From: a candidate division WWE3 bacterium
GTDB taxonomy: Bacteria; Patescibacteriota; 4484-211; GCA-002791395
Length of the DNA: 64,000 nt
Assembly (NCBI GenBank): GCA_013335095.1
Contig: JAAXWF010000001.1
Location: forward strand, 86,797-150,796
Direction: 5' to 3'
Shown piece by piece: positions 60,171 to 64,000 of this stretch. The notes beneath the pieces were generated by a model, which was given only the letters and a program-made list of their open reading frames with translations, was not told where the DNA came from and searched no databases. How positions within the stretch are numbered: the first letter of the stretch is position 1; every line of letters starts with the position of its first letter. The position numbers and the translations under genes are program-made.

Positions 60171-60506
60171 TTAGAAGCCGAAAACGGCGCCCACATTTAA
60201 CAGGCCAGCTAATAATCGGAAGATAACGAATGCTGATGCGATAATAATCAACCCAATAACTGCGTTTGTAATAGTGCCACGAGCACCTTCAGCTTTACCG
60301 GAGTCATCACCAGCGGTAACGTAGTTAAAACCACCGATCAGAATAAAGATCAAACAAACTAATGCACCTAAAGCGATAGCCCAGTTAATTAACGTTGCGA
60401 CTAATTCTCCAAAATTACCAGTAAAACCTGCCGTTGGAGTTGGAACGACTAGACTAGAGGGCAAGGGTTGCTGTGCTTGAACTTTATTTACTAAAAAATT
60501 AAGCAT
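60171..60506 (-). CDS. VirB2/TrbC-like major pilin
   Basis: AAGGAGGTGA SD; VQAQ; GGFNYVTAGDD..KAE.AR.TITNAVIGLII. Confidence 0.88.
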   Translation of the reverse strand: MLNFLVNKVQAQQPLPSSLVVPTPTAGFTGNFGELVATLINWAIALGALVCLIFILIGGFNYVTAGDDSGKAEGARGTITNAVIGLIIIASAFVIFRLLAGLLNVGAVFGF

Positions 60507-60693
60507 ACTATTTGCTCACCTCCTTAAAAAATAATGTAGATGTTGTTAAACTCATTTTAAATCAGTTTATCTTTCAATGATCACTGAAATACCGATATGT
60601 ATAAGTAAATCATACACGCATAATCAATGTCAAGAGTAGTCTGCGATCACTTTTTAACAGGACATTATATCAGACTTTAGTAACGATCCCACC

Positions 60694-62241
60694 CTACTTT
60701 AGTCTCCAAACACCATTCAACTTACTGATCTCTTCAGAGTCGTTTTCTTTTGACGAAAGAGATGTAACACGGATATAATTTGTTGATAGATATTCATTAA
60801 AAACAGTTAACTGCTGTTCGGGCAGTGGTTTATACGTAGGGGTGTAAAAGACTGTTTCAATAGAACGATCTTTTAACGTATTAATCAATTCGTTTTCGTA
60901 TTTCGGGTCAAGAAACTCTGGCCCCGTAGATATCATTTTTGTTGGATTTGATAAATCGAACCAAAAATATACTTCTCCAAGCCACGGACCAATATACAAG
61001 GATTGAACTAACAAAGGTTCTTCGTCTAATATGTTTTTAAGTTCGTTGATATTATTACCCCACTCCTTATCGACCCAGACTCCACCCCTTGGAGTAGTTA
61101 TTCTTATCGTATCTATAAAATAGTAATACTTAATCTTGCTTAATAAACAAATGAATAACAATAAACCGCAAAAGATCAACACCATCGATAGAAATAAATT
61201 GCTGCTTAGGTTTTTAAAAGAGCTCCAATCAAATCGGCCCTTTTTAATAACACTATCCTTAATGGTATTGAGCCAATCGACTCTACGTATCACAGAATAG
61301 AATACATTTGAGTTAAAGGCAAAAGTAAGTCCTACGTGACCTAATGTTGGTGACATCAAGGTAAACAGCAAAAATACCGTACCGAAAATTGATACAACAA
61401 ACAAATCATCTTGCTTGCGGCCTTCATGCCACCATTGCTTCCAAAATACGATTAAGACTATAAAGGTGGCTACCCACAAAGGGCTTAAAAGCTGTAATCC
61501 GTTTCCCGGTAAATAATGGTAAAAGGGGAAAAGGATCGTAGACGATAAAAAATCAAAGAGCCGGCCATTAAAAAGAAAAAAAGCGACCCAAGCCAATGGG
61601 ACAAGGATAGACCCAACGGTTAGTATGAACGATAGATATAGTGATCTTCGGCTAAATCTGTAATTTGTCCAAATTAATATTATTAATGATACAAAGACGG
61701 CCGCCCCCTGCCATAAAATAATACTGGCAACGATTCCGGTTAATGTCCCAATAATGAGCCAACCCAATTCGGTGTTAGTAAACCTTTTATAATAAAGAAT
61801 TACCCATACAACAATTACCGATGCCAGTATTCCGGTCCAATTATGGTTATACATAGACGTAATACTGACACAATTATAAATGAGTAAAGAGATAGATGCA
61901 GAAAAGACTGATTTAAGACATTTGTACGATATTAAGAATACGAGAACTCCAGACAACAGGGTGATAATTGTGACGAGCGTAGCAAACGCAGTTGTTGTCA
62001 CGCCCCAAATACTAAACCAAACTAACAATAAATAATAATTTACTGGCATCCAGAATTGATAAAAATCTACATATAACTTGCCTCCTTTTAACATTTGCTG
62101 TACAGCTCCAATCGCCACGTCACCATCTCCATGCCAATCGACTTTAATACCTAATAGAAGAGTTAACCAAAGCACGAATAATAGGACTGCGATAGAAAAT
62201 AAGGTTCGTATGAATATAGCGGTAGAAAAAAAAGATCGCAT
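60694..62241 (-). CDS. Multi-pass GT-C-like glycosyltransferase
   Basis: GDG......ML.G.KLYVDF....P pattern, many TMs. Confidence 0.7.
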   Translation of the reverse strand: MRSFFSTAIFIRTLFSIAVLLFVLWLTLLLGIKVDWHGDGDVAIGAVQQMLKGGKLYVDFYQFWMPVNYYLLLVWFSIWGVTTTAFATLVTIITLLSGVLVFLISYKCLKSVFSASISLLIYNCVSITSMYNHNWTGILASVIVVWVILYYKRFTNTELGWLIIGTLTGIVASIILWQGAAVFVSLIILIWTNYRFSRRSLYLSFILTVGSILVPLAWVAFFLFNGRLFDFLSSTILFPFYHYLPGNGLQLLSPLWVATFIVLIVFWKQWWHEGRKQDDLFVVSIFGTVFLLFTLMSPTLGHVGLTFAFNSNVFYSVIRRVDWLNTIKDSVIKKGRFDWSSFKNLSSNLFLSMVLIFCGLLLFICLLSKIKYYYFIDTIRITTPRGGVWVDKEWGNNINELKNILDEEPLLVQSLYIGPWLGEVYFWFDLSNPTKMISTGPEFLDPKYENELINTLKDRSIETVFYTPTYKPLPEQQLTVFNEYLSTNYIRVTSLSSKENDSEEISKLNGVWRLK

Positions 62242-62299
62242 AAAATACAATACACTCCAAGCTTTAGAAAAAAGCTACAACTAGTTATAATTATTACAT

Positions 62300-62647
62300 A
62301 TGATTAAAAAAAGTATATTTTTACTCCTCGCACTAATAATCTACTTCCTGTTCTTAGGTGGATTCGCTTTGTTAGGGTATGGAATATCATTGTTCTTTAC
62401 GTCGATGAGTTTGAATGGAACAGTACCACAACTATTTTTTGAAAAGCTAGTCCTATTTGATCGGATAACGTGGTCAGTACTGTGTGCGCCTATTTCATTT
62501 CTATTCAGTTACCCACTCAATGGGTTTATCGGCCATAAACTAGATCAACGGGACTGGGATCTGGGTAGCTACTCAAACAGCCTGCTGACAATTATTGCGT
62601 TACCGCTCATTCCCCTATTAGTTGTGATGCTTTTAAGACTTATTTAA
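62300..62647 (+). CDS. Small membrane protein
   Basis: Three hydrophobic segments; TATAAT 8 nt upstream of the ATG. Confidence 0.65.
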   Translation: MIKKSIFLLLALIIYFLFLGGFALLGYGISLFFTSMSLNGTVPQLFFEKLVLFDRITWSVLCAPISFLFSYPLNGFIGHKLDQRDWDLGSYSNSLLTIIALPLIPLLVVMLLRLI

Positions 62648-62877
62648 ACCGACACATCAACCTATAGCATTGACTTTCGCCTTTACATATGATAAGTTTA
62701 TCGCATAATAATAGCCCAAATTCTGGGCTATTCTGTTCTTTAACAATCTAATTGTAGAACTAAAAGTCTTTCTCCACACAATCAACTCAATCGCAATGCA
62801 TGAGGTACCGGTACAAGCTAAACGGTACCGGTGTCTCAGCCATCGCGGTTGAGATAGCTTGATATGAGGAGGACCGT

Positions 62878-63825
62878 ATGAATCTGCCAGGAGGTGGACT
62901 CGGCCGTGTAGGCGCCGTCGCAATATTTGCGGCGGTCGTTGCACTAATGCTGGCATTTATCTGGCCAGCAGTGCAACAGTACGCACTGTTTGGAACAGCG
63001 ATCCTGATCCTATTCGCATTGGCGGGCGTCGCTGCCTGGCAAAGCAAAATGGGATGGGCGGCAACACTTGCCGTAGCTGGGATTGTCCTGTGGTGGGCCC
63101 TTTCGCAAGGAACCATCAATCTCGGTATTTGGACAGGAGAATCAACCGTAGGCAGTCCGGCACAAATGCTGACCGCCGATGGAAAGGTTGAGAATGCGCG
63201 ACGACCCGGGTGGGTTGCCGTTCAATACGACAAAAGAGTGAACGGCCAATCCTTCCAACCCATACGCATCATCGGCAACAACCTAGGAACTGCGCAACTT
63301 GTTCTGCTACGCGCAAATCGGCAGGGTAGCCTTCTGCTGGACGGTGGACGCCCAGTACAAGTGTATTCCTGCCTCGGTACGACATCTCTGATCGACAGAG
63401 CAAAGGCACTGGGGCAACTCATTGCAGCTGCTGGTGATACCACATGGCAGTGCTCGACACTCATCGGCGGAGGGTACGCAAATCGCTATGCGATGTACCT
63501 AGTATTGGGCGACGGACGCCGAATGCATGTAGGCTACTTCGACATCCTCGGCTACGGTGGCACGGATCCATCTATGGAATCGCTTCCGGCCGCAAAGCCG
63601 GGCGAAACGGTTGACGGTTGGCCAGCAGCGGTGCTACCTACCCATATCCCCGAAATGCCCAAGTTTGAGGCTAAGCCAGGAGCACTACCGCCAGAATACT
63701 CCACAGGAGTTCTTGACGGTAGCAGCACCGCGGCTACGGTTGGCCCAACAACGGGAGCACCGGGAAGCATCTTCCAAGTGACGCCCACTGTCACACTGAC
63801 TGCAACTCCGACCTCTGGCGATTAG
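62878..63825 (+). CDS. Orphan membrane-anchored protein with C-terminal Pro/Thr tail
   Basis: GAGGAGG SD; 3 N-terminal TMs; GC-richer than flanks. Confidence 0.7.
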   Translation: MNLPGGGLGRVGAVAIFAAVVALMLAFIWPAVQQYALFGTAILILFALAGVAAWQSKMGWAATLAVAGIVLWWALSQGTINLGIWTGESTVGSPAQMLTADGKVENARRPGWVAVQYDKRVNGQSFQPIRIIGNNLGTAQLVLLRANRQGSLLLDGGRPVQVYSCLGTTSLIDRAKALGQLIAAAGDTTWQCSTLIGGGYANRYAMYLVLGDGRRMHVGYFDILGYGGTDPSMESLPAAKPGETVDGWPAAVLPTHIPEMPKFEAKPGALPPEYSTGVLDGSSTAATVGPTTGAPGSIFQVTPTVTLTATPTSGD

Positions 63826-63891
63826 AGGTAATACGCCGTCAGGTCCGGGCAAAGTAACCCGGACCTGGCTAGCTTATATGGAGCATGTACT

Positions 63892-64000
63892 ATGGATGAA
63901 TTCCTAGCAAGGTTCTTTCTACTCTTCGTCTGTATCTTTGTCGGGGCACTAGCTTTCGCAGCTAGTACCGGATCACTGACCGGCACGAGAAGGTCCATAA
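63892..64000 (+). CDS. Partial membrane protein running off the window edge
   Basis: GGAG SD; MDEFLARFFLLFVCIFVGALAF. Confidence 0.5.
   Translation, partial: MDEFLARFFLLFVCIFVGALAFAASTGSLTGTRRSI

Noticed and set aside
63836-63870. TCAGGTCCGG as SRP (4.5S) RNA
   Set aside because: Lacks the following AAGGAAGCAGC; it is a simple hairpin
1-64000. Alternative genetic code (TGA read as Gly or Trp)
   Set aside because: Conserved genes are uninterrupted in code 11 and several end in TGA, including ATGA overlaps

Overview
Chromosomal window of a small-genome bacterium, most consistent with Patescibacteria/CPR (inference from VirB2-like pilins, PilNO, sortase, Asn-rich repeat proteins, DUF2298/GT39-type glycosyltransferases and many Pro/Thr-linker surface proteins). 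TGA is used as a stop, so code 11. 1-4800 holds tandem pilin-signal surface proteins and small stress genes. 4818-12734 looks like two integrase-less cassettes stacked at the 3' end of tRNA-Asn(GTT): one carries a Lamassu/ABC-three-component anti-phage system, the other an M23 peptidase with Ig-like domains. The middle holds housekeeping genes (mutS, UvrD-nuclease fusion, rmuC, rsmA, DD-carboxypeptidase, yidC, an unusually long RNase P RNA) interspersed with self-contained orphan genes. 31.9-62 kb is a large cell-surface region with GT-C glycosyltransferases, pilins, a CAP protein, sortase, truB, tRNA-Glu(CTC) and a giant VirB6-like protein. Best candidates for undescribed biology: (i) a DUF2292 gene, a leader RNA motif with a 20-bp attenuator, and an operon of three Asn-rich repeat proteins that may form a sortase-anchored amyloid-like fibre; (ii) the tRNA-anchored cassette array whose att arms read like the C-terminus of a serine recombinase; (iii) a split between apparently leaderless core genes and strongly Shine-Dalgarno-led orphan and structural genes. 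Family assignments come from motif recognition by eye; no database searches were run.
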